Assembly: GCA_018651605.1 (NCBI GenBank)
Contig: JABIDS010000009.1
Span: forward strand, 19,966 to 83,965
DNA from: an archaeon
Lineage (GTDB): Archaea; Nanobdellota; Nanobdellia; Pacearchaeales; GW2011-AR1
Direction: 5' to 3'
Length of the DNA: 64,000 bases
Numbering within the stretch: position 1 is the stretch's first letter; every line of letters starts with the position of its first letter. Shown here piece after piece: positions 26,232 to 35,601 of the stretch. A program made the translations under genes and the position numbers. Under the pieces are notes generated by a model. It saw only the letters and a list, made by a program, of their open reading frames with translations, did not search any database and was not told the origin of the DNA.

Positions 26232-26273
26232 CTCTTAATCTAAGTGTCGGGAGTTCAAATCTCCCACGGGCTA
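26232..26273 (+). other. tRNA-Lys 3'-half fragment (anticodon loop to acceptor 3' strand; att-like remnant)
   Basis: ctcttaatctaagtgtcgggagttcaaatctcccacgggcta vs tRNA ctcttaatctaggtgtcgggagttcaaatctcccacaggcca. Preceded by a ~40-bp direct repeat (cactgtgYcatatataatccaaWactcttaatc) also present at 25507-25548. Confidence 0.75.
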
Positions 26274-26294
26274 TTTTTATTTTTAGAAATATTA

Positions 26295-26483
26295 TTAACC
26301 TAAATCTTCTAAGGACTTCATAGCTTCATCAAATCTTTTTTCTGCCCTTACTGCAAAGAAATTTAAATCATGAATCCATTCTTGAGTTCTTGAATTATAA
26401 ATTGGAACTGCTAATCTTACTTCTTCACCAGCTCTTAATCTTCTTAATACCGGTTCTATGTAACAACAATCATAATCTGTCAT
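26295..26483 (-). CDS. hypothetical small protein (62 aa)
   Basis: ORF in a compositionally distinct (more C on plus strand) stretch after the tRNA fragment. Confidence 0.3.
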   Translation of the reverse strand: MTDYDCCYIEPVLRRLRAGEEVRLAVPIYNSRTQEWIHDLNFFAVRAEKRFDEAMKSLEDLG

Positions 26484-26522
26484 GAAATATTAGGGGGTTT
26501 GTAATTTATTAATATTTGGATA

Positions 26523-26819
26523 CTAAGATAGTCTATCTCCTTTTGCCCAATAATAAACTCTTCGAACATATTCATGCCAAGGAGTTCTTAATGAGTATTT
26601 ATTACATTCTTTATGGGAAGGACCTATAGACATTTGAGAACATGTCGTGGGTCTTCCGTAAGCTATTTCTCTATTCCTACGTAGTTCACATTCAGGAGTA
26701 GCTAATAATTCTTCGCCACTTTCTGGCAAGTTCTTAGGTGTATGTGCAGGAGCATCCCTTATAATAGTTTTTCTAATCCTCTTGGCAGATATATCTTCAA
26801 GACTTTCCTCTTTTGTCAT
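26523..26819 (-). CDS. hypothetical protein (98 aa)
   Basis: ORF with composition distinct from native genes. Confidence 0.35.
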   Translation of the reverse strand: MTKEESLEDISAKRIRKTIIRDAPAHTPKNLPESGEELLATPECELRRNREIAYGRPTTCSQMSIGPSHKECNKYSLRTPWHEYVRRVYYWAKGDRLS

Positions 26820-26928
26820 ATTGAATAATAGAAATAATATTATTTAAACATTTGTTATATAAAATAAGTAGTGAAAGCTAGAAATATTAATGAGATTAAA
26901 CTAAAAGAACAAAAAATAAAAATAAAAA

Positions 26929-27234
26929 TTAATGTACTGTTCTTTTTATAGCGTCGATATGTTCTGCGATTTCTTCGCCTTTTTTTGTCAACTCTATTAA
27001 TTTTATTCTACCTTTTTTTTCAAATTTCACTAGTCCTAATTCTTCTAGTGTTTGTAGTATCTTTACTGCATGTGAATACGTACAGTCTACTTCTTTCGCT
27101 AATACAGAACCGTATCTTGCCTTAGATAGTTTTCTTAAAGCTACCAACATTAGTGCTGGTTTCCTTCTGAAAAAAATGTCAAAATTATCTTTCATTTTAT
27201 TGTGTTTCAATGAGTGCTTTTTTATGGTACTCAT
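26929..27234 (-). CDS. small winged-helix DNA-binding protein (putative transcriptional regulator)
   Basis: LAKEVDCTYSHAVKILQTLEELGLVKFEKKGRIKLIELTKKGEE resembles the wHTH recognition helix plus wing of MarR/ArsR-like small regulators. Confidence 0.5.
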   Translation of the reverse strand: MSTIKKHSLKHNKMKDNFDIFFRRKPALMLVALRKLSKARYGSVLAKEVDCTYSHAVKILQTLEELGLVKFEKKGRIKLIELTKKGEEIAEHIDAIKRTVH

Positions 27235-27329
27235 TTGAATCTATATATTTAAGTCATATATTAGCTTATAAAGCTTTCGTAGTAAAAATTTAACCAAGCA
27301 GTAACAAATTATTTTTACTTAATTTTTGA

Positions 27330-27470
27330 GTAGCGGGGTGTTACTACTTGTTTTTTGTTGGATTTTGGGAGATTGGTTCGCCTTCGGCTCACGGCTTATT
27401 TTATGTCAGATTGGATGGCTTCGCCAACCCAATCTTCTAATTTTTTTGATAGTGTGAATATTTTATCTAG
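27330..27470 (+). ncRNA. candidate structured ncRNA / repeat (family B, copy 2): hairpin agattgg[ATGGCTTCGCCAAC]ccaatct + T-tract
   Basis: Collinear with 19362-19470: GGGGTGTT; TTGGTTCGCCTTCGGCTCAC; CTTATTTTATG; hairpin 27408-27435 with covarying stem; ctaattttttt. Confidence 0.5.
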
Positions 27471-27559
27471 ATATGAAAGGATGAGTAGATTGATTGTTAT
27501 AAGAATTTAGTTTTTTGTTGTTATGAGTGTTTGGTTTTTGAAATTTTATTAATAATAGT

Positions 27560-28174
27560 TTATTCATCAACACTTATTTCTTCGCCTGTGATTTCTTTAT
27601 ACATTGCTAGATAACCTTTGCTTGCGAGTTCGACTTTGTTTGCTACCATCTCAATTTCGGTGTTGTGGTTTGTTACAGATGTTTTCATGAATGTTTCAAT
27701 GTCTGGAGAAAGCAGGGCTTCGATAGCTTCTTGTTTTGAGATTGAGATTGTGAGGTCTTTATCTGTTGATGCTGCTTTTGTTGTTTGTAGATTGTTGTTT
27801 GTTATTTCAGAAGACCAGATTTCATTTTCTATTGCGAATTCAACGACAGGGTTTCCATAACCTATTAGAGATTTGTGTAAGTTGTTTACTCCTAATGCTA
27901 TTAAAAGATAATTTATGTATTCTTGATTGAATTCTATTGTTGCTTGTTCTATTACTTTTTGTTTGTCTACGAGTCCTTCTGCATTTGTGTTTGCAAAGAC
28001 AATATCTTTTAGAGGGTTTTCTATTGTTATTTGGTTTGTTGATTTTTTTGAGAAGAAACCGATTAGAAAGATTGCTATAATTATTATAGTTATTATTGTT
28101 AGTGTTAGTAGGACTTTTGAGATTTTTTTATGTTTTCTGAATTTATCTCTTATTAGAACTTTTTGATTCACCAT
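27560..28174 (-). CDS. hypothetical membrane-anchored protein
   Basis: N-terminal TM LLTLTIITIIIIAIFLIGFF after a basic stretch. 204 aa. Confidence 0.5.
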   Translation of the reverse strand: MVNQKVLIRDKFRKHKKISKVLLTLTIITIIIIAIFLIGFFSKKSTNQITIENPLKDIVFANTNAEGLVDKQKVIEQATIEFNQEYINYLLIALGVNNLHKSLIGYGNPVVEFAIENEIWSSEITNNNLQTTKAASTDKDLTISISKQEAIEALLSPDIETFMKTSVTNHNTEIEMVANKVELASKGYLAMYKEITGEEISVDE

Positions 28175-28239
28175 TTTATGGGTTAAAAAAAGAGAGGGGA
28201 ATATTTAAATGTTATCACAATAATGTTTAAAAGTATTGA

Positions 28240-29208
28240 TTGATTGATTTTTTTATGCAAACTGCTGAAGAAACAAGGGTTGTGAAATTATCAAATCATG
28301 CTCGTAATGGTGAGATTGGATTGATTGCAGAATTAAATAATTCACAGTTTGGTAGGCTTGAAAGAACTCGAATAGATAATGGTTTTGGTGGAAATTTTGA
28401 TAGTCGTGATTCTTACGACCCGTTTTTATCTGGTTATATTGACCCCAATAATGTAAGAGGTTATTATTTAGATGGTGAAAAAACTATTTTAGGAAGCCCT
28501 GAATTAAAAGTTTGGATTGGAATAAAAGAAAGGTGGGATGATGGGGTTTATCAAAGAAAGGCAGGATATTATGAGTTTAGTGTTGATGAGGGAGACTCTG
28601 AAAAAATTATTTTATATGGAGATGTTGGAAAAAAAGATGTTTTAGAGAAAAGAATTAGTGTTGAATATGTTGTGGAGGATTATTCTGGAATTATTCTCCC
28701 AATTACTAGAGACAAGGTTGTTGATAATTTTAATGATGCTAGAGCTAGATATGATGATGGGAGTAATGTTGATTTTAAACAGCTTGAAGGTTTAGTAAGA
28801 GCTAGTGGATTTGATTTTGATAGTGAGCTTGCAAATTTAAAAGTATATGGTGAACAAAAAGCAATAGAAAGATATTCTTGTGTTGAAAATCTTGAAAAAG
28901 TTTTATATAGGTTAGAAGAGAGGGGATTTTATTTTGAAGATGGGCAGATTGATGATGAGACTTATGGGAAATTTATTGATATGGTTGGAAAAATAAATTT
29001 TCCTAATGATTGTTTGAAGGATCGGGCGATTAAACTATTAAATAAATTTTCTGAGTGTTATGCTTTGCATGCCTATGTTAAGGAGAAAGATCTTGAAGAG
29101 GATATTGAAAACCGTAGGAAGGAAATTGATAAAATGAGTAATGAAGCTACTCTGCTTAGTTGGAGAAGAAGAAAGTTGCAAGGAGAAGATATTCCTTTTG
29201 ATTTGTGA
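28240..29208 (+). CDS. hypothetical protein
   Basis: 322-aa ORF with native composition. Likely start at the internal MQTAEE. Confidence 0.5.
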   Translation: MIDFFMQTAEETRVVKLSNHARNGEIGLIAELNNSQFGRLERTRIDNGFGGNFDSRDSYDPFLSGYIDPNNVRGYYLDGEKTILGSPELKVWIGIKERWDDGVYQRKAGYYEFSVDEGDSEKIILYGDVGKKDVLEKRISVEYVVEDYSGIILPITRDKVVDNFNDARARYDDGSNVDFKQLEGLVRASGFDFDSELANLKVYGEQKAIERYSCVENLEKVLYRLEERGFYFEDGQIDDETYGKFIDMVGKINFPNDCLKDRAIKLLNKFSECYALHAYVKEKDLEEDIENRRKEIDKMSNEATLLSWRRRKLQGEDIPFDL

Positions 29209-29257
29209 TAAAATAAATTTACAAAACCCTTAAATAATCTTAATTTCTAAGTTAGTT

Positions 29258-30544
29258 ATGATAGATATAAAATTAATTAGAGAAAATCCTGAAGTTGTTA
29301 AAGAGAATATTAAGAAGAAGTCTCAGGATGATAAGTTGGGGTTTGTTGATGATGTTGTTAAGTTGGATGCTGATTGGCGGAAGTTGAAGTATCGGGTTGA
29401 TGGTTTGAGGAGTGAGAGAAATAAGATTTCTATTGAGGTTGGTAAGGCTAAAAAGGTTAAGGATGAGAAGTTGGCTAAGGAGTTGATTAAGCAAGCGGGG
29501 AAAATTCCTGAGGAGATTAAAAAGATTGAGATTAAGGCAGATAAGTTGGCTGTTAAGGTTAAAGAGATTATGATGCAGATTCCGAATATTATTCATTCTT
29601 CTGTTCCTATTGGAAAGAATGATAAGGAAAATGTTGAGGTTAAGAAGTATGGGCGGATTCCGAAATTTAGTTTTGATGTTAAGAGCCATGTTGAGATTGG
29701 AGAGAGTTTGGGTTTGTTGGATTTTGATACGTCTGCAGATGTTTCTGGTAATGGTTTTTATTTTATGAAAGGTAAGTTGGCTTTGTTGAATATGGCTTTG
29801 ATTAATTTTGCGCGGGATTTTATGATTAAGAAAAAGTTTGAATATGTTGAGCCACCTTTGATGATTAAGAAAGAAGTTTTGGATGGAGTTTATTCTAGTG
29901 CTGAGATTGATGCGATGGCGTATAAGGTTGATGGTGAGGATTTGTATTTGATTGCGACTTCTGAGCATCCTTTGATTGGGCAATTTATTAGTAAGACTTT
30001 GCAGAAAAAGGATTTGCCTGTTTTGCAGACTGGTTATTCAATGTGTTTTAGAAAGGAAATTGGAAGTCATGGGATTGATGAGAAGGGAATTTATCGGACG
30101 CATCAATTTAATAAACAGGAGATGATTGTGATTTGTGAACCTGAGGATTCTTATAAATGGTATGATGAGATGTTAGGTTTTAGTGTTGATTTGTTTAAAG
30201 AGTTGGAGATTCCTTTTCGAATTTTGGAATGTTGTTCTGGTGATTTAGCTGATTTGAAAGCTAAAAGTTGTGATTTGGAAGCTTGGTCTCCGAGAAGGGG
30301 AGAGTATTTTGAAATTACATCTCTGACGAATATGGAAGCTGCTCAGGCTAGAAGGTTGGGAATTCGTGTGAGTGATGGTAAGAAGAATTATTTTGCTCAT
30401 ACCTTGAATAATACTGTTATTGCAACTTCTAGGGTTTTGGTTGCTATTTTGGAAAATAATCAGCAGAAAGATGGGTCGGTTAAGGTGCCGAAGGTTTTGT
30501 GGAAGTATTGTGGGTTTAAGGTTATTGGTGGGGAGAAGGGTTAA
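29258..30544 (+). CDS. serS: seryl-tRNA synthetase
   Basis: N-terminal coiled-coil arm (MIDIKLIRENPEVVKENIKKK…). Class II core with GNGFYFMKG and TSEHPL motifs. 428 aa. Confidence 0.9.
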   Translation: MIDIKLIRENPEVVKENIKKKSQDDKLGFVDDVVKLDADWRKLKYRVDGLRSERNKISIEVGKAKKVKDEKLAKELIKQAGKIPEEIKKIEIKADKLAVKVKEIMMQIPNIIHSSVPIGKNDKENVEVKKYGRIPKFSFDVKSHVEIGESLGLLDFDTSADVSGNGFYFMKGKLALLNMALINFARDFMIKKKFEYVEPPLMIKKEVLDGVYSSAEIDAMAYKVDGEDLYLIATSEHPLIGQFISKTLQKKDLPVLQTGYSMCFRKEIGSHGIDEKGIYRTHQFNKQEMIVICEPEDSYKWYDEMLGFSVDLFKELEIPFRILECCSGDLADLKAKSCDLEAWSPRRGEYFEITSLTNMEAAQARRLGIRVSDGKKNYFAHTLNNTVIATSRVLVAILENNQQKDGSVKVPKVLWKYCGFKVIGGEKG

Positions 30545-30591
30545 TGTTTGGGTTTTTATTGAATAGAAAGTTTTTTAAATGGAGTTTTTAA

Positions 30592-30966
30592 TTGATTATG
30601 ATGGAATTATCAGTATATACACCTGAAATTGATTTGGAAGATACTATTTGTGAATTTGATGCTGCGACATCTGAATTAAATTCAGATAGGAGTATTGAAA
30701 ATGTTCATAATGTTGTTGTCCTTAATCGTAGATGGTTGGAAGCTCTTGAAGATAAATATAGGCAACATGATTGGATTGATAGAAATTTGATTAGTAGAGA
30801 TTTGATTAATAGATATCAAGAGGATTCTGGTCGGTGTATTAAAATTTTGAATGAGATGCATAAAAATGATAATGGGGTAGACTATTCTATGTGGTTAAGT
30901 ATTATGGAGTTAAGTGTTGATAAAAGTCGTGATTTGATTCAGAAAATGGATGGCTATGATGCGTAG
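30592..30966 (+). CDS. hypothetical protein
   Basis: 124-aa ORF. Confidence 0.4.
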   Translation: MIMMELSVYTPEIDLEDTICEFDAATSELNSDRSIENVHNVVVLNRRWLEALEDKYRQHDWIDRNLISRDLINRYQEDSGRCIKILNEMHKNDNGVDYSMWLSIMELSVDKSRDLIQKMDGYDA

Positions 30967-31012
30967 TTGTCATTCTTTAGTAGTTATAAAAACAAAGGTT
31001 TAAATAGTAGTT

Positions 31013-31309
31013 ATGCCTCTGTATAATATGAAAAAAGAACAACTTGAGGCGAGATTAAAAGAGAAAGTTTTGATTGCTAATGGCGAACAAATAAGATTAG
31101 ATGATTCTTTAGTTTATGCTAAACCTTCTCCAGTTTTAAATAGGGTGGATGAAATTGAGATAGAATTAGGATATCAAAGAAATGATGATGATTTTATAGA
31201 GGGTGAAGCATTGAAAATACATGAATTTTTAGAACATGTAGGATTATATGATGATGTTCAAGCTAACCCTCATCAAAAGGAGGAATATTCAGCTATTACT
31301 TTAGTTTGA
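31013..31309 (+). CDS. hypothetical protein
   Basis: 98-aa ORF. Confidence 0.4.
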   Translation: MPLYNMKKEQLEARLKEKVLIANGEQIRLDDSLVYAKPSPVLNRVDEIEIELGYQRNDDDFIEGEALKIHEFLEHVGLYDDVQANPHQKEEYSAITLV

Positions 31310-31322
31310 AATTATAATTAAA

Positions 31323-31664
31323 ATGGGACGAGCTTATGCGTTTTTTGATTGTGGAGCTTCGAAAGAAGAAATAAATGAAGAATTGCCTTTTATTCGAAAA
31401 GCTGTTAAAACTCCTGAGAAGTTAGAGCTTTCTTTGAGTGAAGGTATTGATGAATTGGGTTTGGATGGTAAATTGAAAGATATTGCAGAAAATGAAGATA
31501 GACAATATACTTTGTGTGCAAATTATCTTTCAACAAATGAAAAAACTGCAGATGAATTAGCAGGTATTTTGAATCAAGTGTATCAATCTCCTTTAAATGA
31601 GGATGGACAATTTAAAGGAGCAATTGTTCAGGGAGATTGGGGAATGTATCATTCTAGATTTTAA
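31323..31664 (+). CDS. hypothetical protein
   Basis: 113-aa ORF. Confidence 0.4.
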   Translation: MGRAYAFFDCGASKEEINEELPFIRKAVKTPEKLELSLSEGIDELGLDGKLKDIAENEDRQYTLCANYLSTNEKTADELAGILNQVYQSPLNEDGQFKGAIVQGDWGMYHSRF

Positions 31665-31711
31665 ATTTTTTAATACTTAAACCTTAAAAAGGATTTTCTT
31701 TTTATTTTGTT

Positions 31712-32398
31712 ATGTTAGAAAAAAGTATGGTTCCTCGACATGTTGCTATAATTTTGGATGGTAATAGGAGGTTTGCTAAGAAGTTGGTTTTAGAGCCTTG
31801 GAAGGGGCATAGTTATGGTAAGAAAAGGGTTGAGGAATTGTTGGATTATGCTAAGGAATTTGGAGTGAGGGAGATAACATTTTATTGTTTGTCTTCTGAG
31901 AATTTGAATAGGCCTGTTAAGGAGTTGGATTATCTGTATGATTTATTTAGAGAGACTTTTAGAGGTATGGATAGAAGTCGTTTGAATGAAGAAGGAGTTT
32001 GTTTGAAGTTTATTGGAGATTTGGATTTGTTGCCTAGTGATTTGAAAGATATTTGTGTTGAATTAGAGAACTGCAGTTCTGAAGGTAATAGGTTTATTGT
32101 TAATTTTTGTATTGCTTATGGTGGTCGTGCTGAGATTGTTAGGGCTGTTCGTAGAATTGTTGAGTCTGGTGTTAGGGATGTTGATTCTGAAGTTGTTGAG
32201 AAGAATTTGTTGTTGAGTAGTGAACCTGATTTGATTATTAGGACTGGAGGGCAGAAAAGGATTTCTAATTTTTTGCTTTGGCAAGGGGCTTATTCTGAAT
32301 GGATTTTTTTAGATAAAATGTGGCCAGAGGTTTGTAGGGATGATTTTGTTGAATGTGTTGAGGAGTTTGGAAAGAGGAAGAGGAATTTTGGGAAGTGA
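31712..32398 (+). CDS. uppS: cis-prenyltransferase (undecaprenyl/dehydrodolichyl diphosphate synthase)
   Basis: PRHVAIILDGNRRFAKK and RTGGQKRISNFLLWQ are hallmark UppS motifs. Confidence 0.85.
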   Translation: MLEKSMVPRHVAIILDGNRRFAKKLVLEPWKGHSYGKKRVEELLDYAKEFGVREITFYCLSSENLNRPVKELDYLYDLFRETFRGMDRSRLNEEGVCLKFIGDLDLLPSDLKDICVELENCSSEGNRFIVNFCIAYGGRAEIVRAVRRIVESGVRDVDSEVVEKNLLLSSEPDLIIRTGGQKRISNFLLWQGAYSEWIFLDKMWPEVCRDDFVECVEEFGKRKRNFGK

Positions 32399-32430
32399 AA
32401 GTTTAAATATCCTTTTTAATTCTTGAGATT

Positions 32431-33036
32431 ATGGGTAAAAAGAAATTTAAAATTCTAGCTGCATCTGATTTTCATGGTGATAGTGCTGTTACTCGGAGGT
32501 TGGCTAAGAAGGCTGAGAAAGAGGGAGTTGATTTGGTTGTTTTGGCCGGGGATTTGACAGGAGTTGTTGAGAGTGATGATATTATTAAACCGTTTGTTGA
32601 TAGGGGAAAGAAGGTTGTCTTTGTTCCTGGGAATTGGGAGTCTTCTGAAACTGCAGCTTTTTTGTCGAAGTTGTATGGTGTGAAGAATGTTGGAGAGCAT
32701 TATGTTAAGTATGGTGATGTAGGGGTTTTTGGAATTGGTAGTCCTAATTGGACTTTTGATATTGATGATAAAAAGACTTTTAAGAAATTGAAAAAGGATT
32801 TTGAAATGATAAAGGATTTGGAGAAGAAAATTATGGTTAGTCATATTAATGCTGCTGGGACAAAGTCTGAGTTTTCAGGTGTTGCTGGGAGTGAGGAAGT
32901 TCGTAAGGCGATTGATGAGTTTCAGCCGGATTTGTTTATTTCTGGGCATATTCACGAGGCTGAGGGGTTGCAGGAGAAGATTGGAAAGACAAAGGTGGTG
33001 AGTGTGGGTAAGAAGGGGAAGATTATAGAGTTGTAA
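32431..33036 (+). CDS. calcineurin-like metallophosphoesterase
   Basis: Metal-binding motifs ASDFHGD, LAGDLTG, GNWE, SGHIHE. Confidence 0.7.
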   Translation: MGKKKFKILAASDFHGDSAVTRRLAKKAEKEGVDLVVLAGDLTGVVESDDIIKPFVDRGKKVVFVPGNWESSETAAFLSKLYGVKNVGEHYVKYGDVGVFGIGSPNWTFDIDDKKTFKKLKKDFEMIKDLEKKIMVSHINAAGTKSEFSGVAGSEEVRKAIDEFQPDLFISGHIHEAEGLQEKIGKTKVVSVGKKGKIIEL

Positions 33037-33049
33037 TGTTTTTAAGAAA

Positions 33050-33382
33050 TTAAATGGTTCTTCTATGTATAAAATAGTAATCTTGACTAGGCAATTCTGT
33101 TGTTCCCATTAGGTCTGTGCCTTTAATTTCTCCTATTGGTCCCTGATATTGCATTGTTTCTTTATTTGCCTTTTCTGCAATATTAACTGGTGAATATCCT
33201 GCATCTAAAATATCTGTTAAAACTAATGCTTTTCTAAATTCTGCTATTCTGCAAGATGTTCCTCTTTGCAGGGTTTTATTAAGAGGATTTTTTCTGAGCA
33301 TTTCTTCTGTCATTGGTTTCATTGTAACTTGCATTTTTTTAAGAGCTAATCTTAAATTATCATTGTGTAATCCTAAATTCAT
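33050..33382 (-). CDS. hypothetical protein
   Basis: 110-aa ORF downstream of and co-directional with the radical SAM gene. Confidence 0.4.
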   Translation of the reverse strand: MNLGLHNDNLRLALKKMQVTMKPMTEEMLRKNPLNKTLQRGTSCRIAEFRKALVLTDILDAGYSPVNIAEKANKETMQYQGPIGEIKGTDLMGTTELPSQDYYFIHRRTI

Positions 33383-33482
33383 GTTGAGAAATATCTAATT
33401 GTGTTTAAAAGTATTTATGTGATTTGTTGATTAATTGCACCAAGAACTAGAGAGAGTTCCTTCTGGGAATAATACTAATTTT

Positions 33483-34349
33483 TTACTTCATACATAATGC
33501 TCCTTCTCTTATCCATGAATAAGCTACTGTGTTGTCTTGGAAGACAACTAGTTGTCTTACGAAATCTTTTTTTGGATTGTGTTTTGTGACATAGTCTGTG
33601 ATTCTTAGAATGTTTCCCTTGTAATCATAGACTCCTCCTCCCCAAGAATGTCCATGACAAAATTTTGCGTTTTTTTGTAACCATCTTTTAATTTTTAGAA
33701 TGCCTAATCTTGATGGGGTGAATTCATTTCTTGTGCTGTCTGGATTTCCTACTGGCCAACTTGTTAAATTATCATAACCTTTTTCTATAAGTGTATGGAC
33801 TGCTTGTTGGTAGGTTTTTGCATTATCTACTCCTCCTTTTCTTAATAATAATGTCCCTCTAACTCCTACTCCTTGTTCTTCGATGTTGTTGGCTATTTGT
33901 TCTAGGTTTGGGTAAGTCTTTAGGTTGTAGGTTTTTGCTTGTTCTTTTTCGTCTGGATGGTGAATTGATATTGCTATATTTGTTAATCCTAATTCTTTCC
34001 ATTGTGGAAGATGGGTCTTAGTGAATTCTTTATCTCCAAATAAAATTCCATTTGTAAATAAGTTTACATTTGGAAAATATGCTCCTTGGTTTGCACATTT
34101 TTGGTAAATTTCTAGTGCTCTTGTTAAGGAATCTGGGTCGCAAGTTGGTTCTCCGCTACTTGTTAATGATAATGACCAACCTCCGTAACGGGCTGAGAGT
34201 TTTATTGCTGATTCTAAGTTTTTTTCATAAAGCAAGTTTGGTTTTGCTTCAGGTCTTAAATATTTTCCTGCACAGAATTCGCAGTTTGCATTGCAGTTTC
34301 CATCTCCTATTAATGCTGATACGCTGTAGATTTTTTCAATGCATGTCAT
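33483..34349 (-). CDS. radical SAM domain protein
   Basis: CNANCEFC (CxxxCxxC) cluster near the N-terminus. SSGEPT glycine-rich SAM motif. 288 aa. No C-terminal SPASM Cys cluster evident. Confidence 0.7.
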   Translation of the reverse strand: MTCIEKIYSVSALIGDGNCNANCEFCAGKYLRPEAKPNLLYEKNLESAIKLSARYGGWSLSLTSSGEPTCDPDSLTRALEIYQKCANQGAYFPNVNLFTNGILFGDKEFTKTHLPQWKELGLTNIAISIHHPDEKEQAKTYNLKTYPNLEQIANNIEEQGVGVRGTLLLRKGGVDNAKTYQQAVHTLIEKGYDNLTSWPVGNPDSTRNEFTPSRLGILKIKRWLQKNAKFCHGHSWGGGVYDYKGNILRITDYVTKHNPKKDFVRQLVVFQDNTVAYSWIREGALCMK

Positions 34350-34612
34350 CTTTTTCTCCTTCTTGTTTCATTAAGTTCAATTACTCCTATTTGTATTAAG
34401 TTTTCAAGAAAAACTTTGAAAATTTTATTGCAGCCTTCCATTTGAGAGTCATCAATCCCACACCTTGAACCATCGTAAATATTTGCTAATTGGTGGTAAT
34501 AATGTTTGACTCTTGGGTTAGCAGATAAAATTCCTTTTAAATCGCTTTCTTCAGTGATTTTTCCTTTTTTTAGGTGAAAATAATTTTCTTTGATTCTGTA
34601 TTTTGTTTCCAT
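34346..34612 (-). CDS. hypothetical small protein, translationally coupled to radical SAM gene
   Basis: 88-aa ORF whose stop overlaps the radical SAM start by 4 nt. Confidence 0.4.
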   Translation of the reverse strand: METKYRIKENYFHLKKGKITEESDLKGILSANPRVKHYYHQLANIYDGSRCGIDDSQMEGCNKIFKVFLENLIQIGVIELNETRRRKR

Positions 34613-34715
34613 ACTATAACATAGAGTTGTAAAATAGATAGTGTTTACTTACAATTTTTTTGTAGTAGTGTTGTAGTGAGATAATTTTTAAATAATCTTT
34701 ATTGTTTGTCTTAGT

Positions 34716-35558
34716 ATGAATAGTAAAGAGATTGTTCGGAAAATTGAGGATTTTGTTTGTTTGAAGCCTCGTTCGATTCAGGAAATTTCAGAGCATATTG
34801 GGAAAAATTGGAGGACTGCAGATAGATATGTTAATGAGATTAGTGAGAATTATGGGACGATTTCTATGAGGGTTTTTAGGGGAGGGACGCGGGGTGCTTT
34901 GAAGATTGTTTATTGGTGTGGAATTGATAGGGCGAAGGGAGGAGTTTTTCAAGAGCAGTTGGAAAGAGAGATTATGAATGGTAGAACTAAATATGATTTT
35001 TCTGTGTTTGATATTTTTCAGCATGTTGATTCTTCTTCTAAGGAGGCGTGGATTAAGGAAGGTGCTGATGAAAGTGATGCGGGGCGTTTGGTAGAATTTA
35101 AGGATTTGTTGCTTCAGGCAGAGAAACAGGTTTTATTTTTTTCTGGTAATTTGTCGTTTATTAATTTAGATGATGATGTTACAAATGTTTTTTCTGTTTT
35201 AGAGGATTTGGTTCGGGAAGGTGTGAGTATTAAGGTTGTTTGTAGAGTTGATATTGCAGGTAAGAGAAATGTTGAAAAGTTGTTAAGTTTGAATCATAAA
35301 TATGGTAAAGAATTGATTGAGATTCATCATCGGGAGCAACCTTTGAGAGTTATGATTGTTGATGATAAGTTTTTTAATATGAAAGAGATTAAAGAACCTA
35401 CTTTGCGTTTAGGAGAGTTGGATATTAAGACGTTTATTTTTTATACTATTTGTGAAAGAGATTGGGTTGAATGGATTAGTCGGATTTTTTGGAAAATGTT
35501 TAATGGGAGTGTTGATGTGGGGGTGAGGGTGAGGGAGATGGAGAGGATACGGGTTTGA
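34716..35558 (+). CDS. hypothetical protein with possible N-terminal HTH
   Basis: 280-aa ORF. N-terminal segment (RSIQEISEHIGKNWRTADRYVNEI) resembles an HTH. Confidence 0.45.
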   Translation: MNSKEIVRKIEDFVCLKPRSIQEISEHIGKNWRTADRYVNEISENYGTISMRVFRGGTRGALKIVYWCGIDRAKGGVFQEQLEREIMNGRTKYDFSVFDIFQHVDSSSKEAWIKEGADESDAGRLVEFKDLLLQAEKQVLFFSGNLSFINLDDDVTNVFSVLEDLVREGVSIKVVCRVDIAGKRNVEKLLSLNHKYGKELIEIHHREQPLRVMIVDDKFFNMKEIKEPTLRLGELDIKTFIFYTICERDWVEWISRIFWKMFNGSVDVGVRVREMERIRV

Positions 35559-35601
35559 ATCTTCCTAAAACTTTTTATACCTTTAATTCCCAGAGATTAT
35601 T

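Noticed and set aside
19380-27440. Family B hairpins interpreted simply as intrinsic terminators
   Set aside because: Homology extends ~60 nt upstream of the hairpin. Copy 2 does not follow a co-directional protein gene. Archaeal termination normally needs only oligo-T. So a stand-alone RNA or repeat is more likely, though terminator function is not excluded.
29273-29983. 236-aa ORF antisense to serS
   Set aside because: serS has unambiguous class II motifs. The antisense product is N/L/I/R low complexity without a start context.
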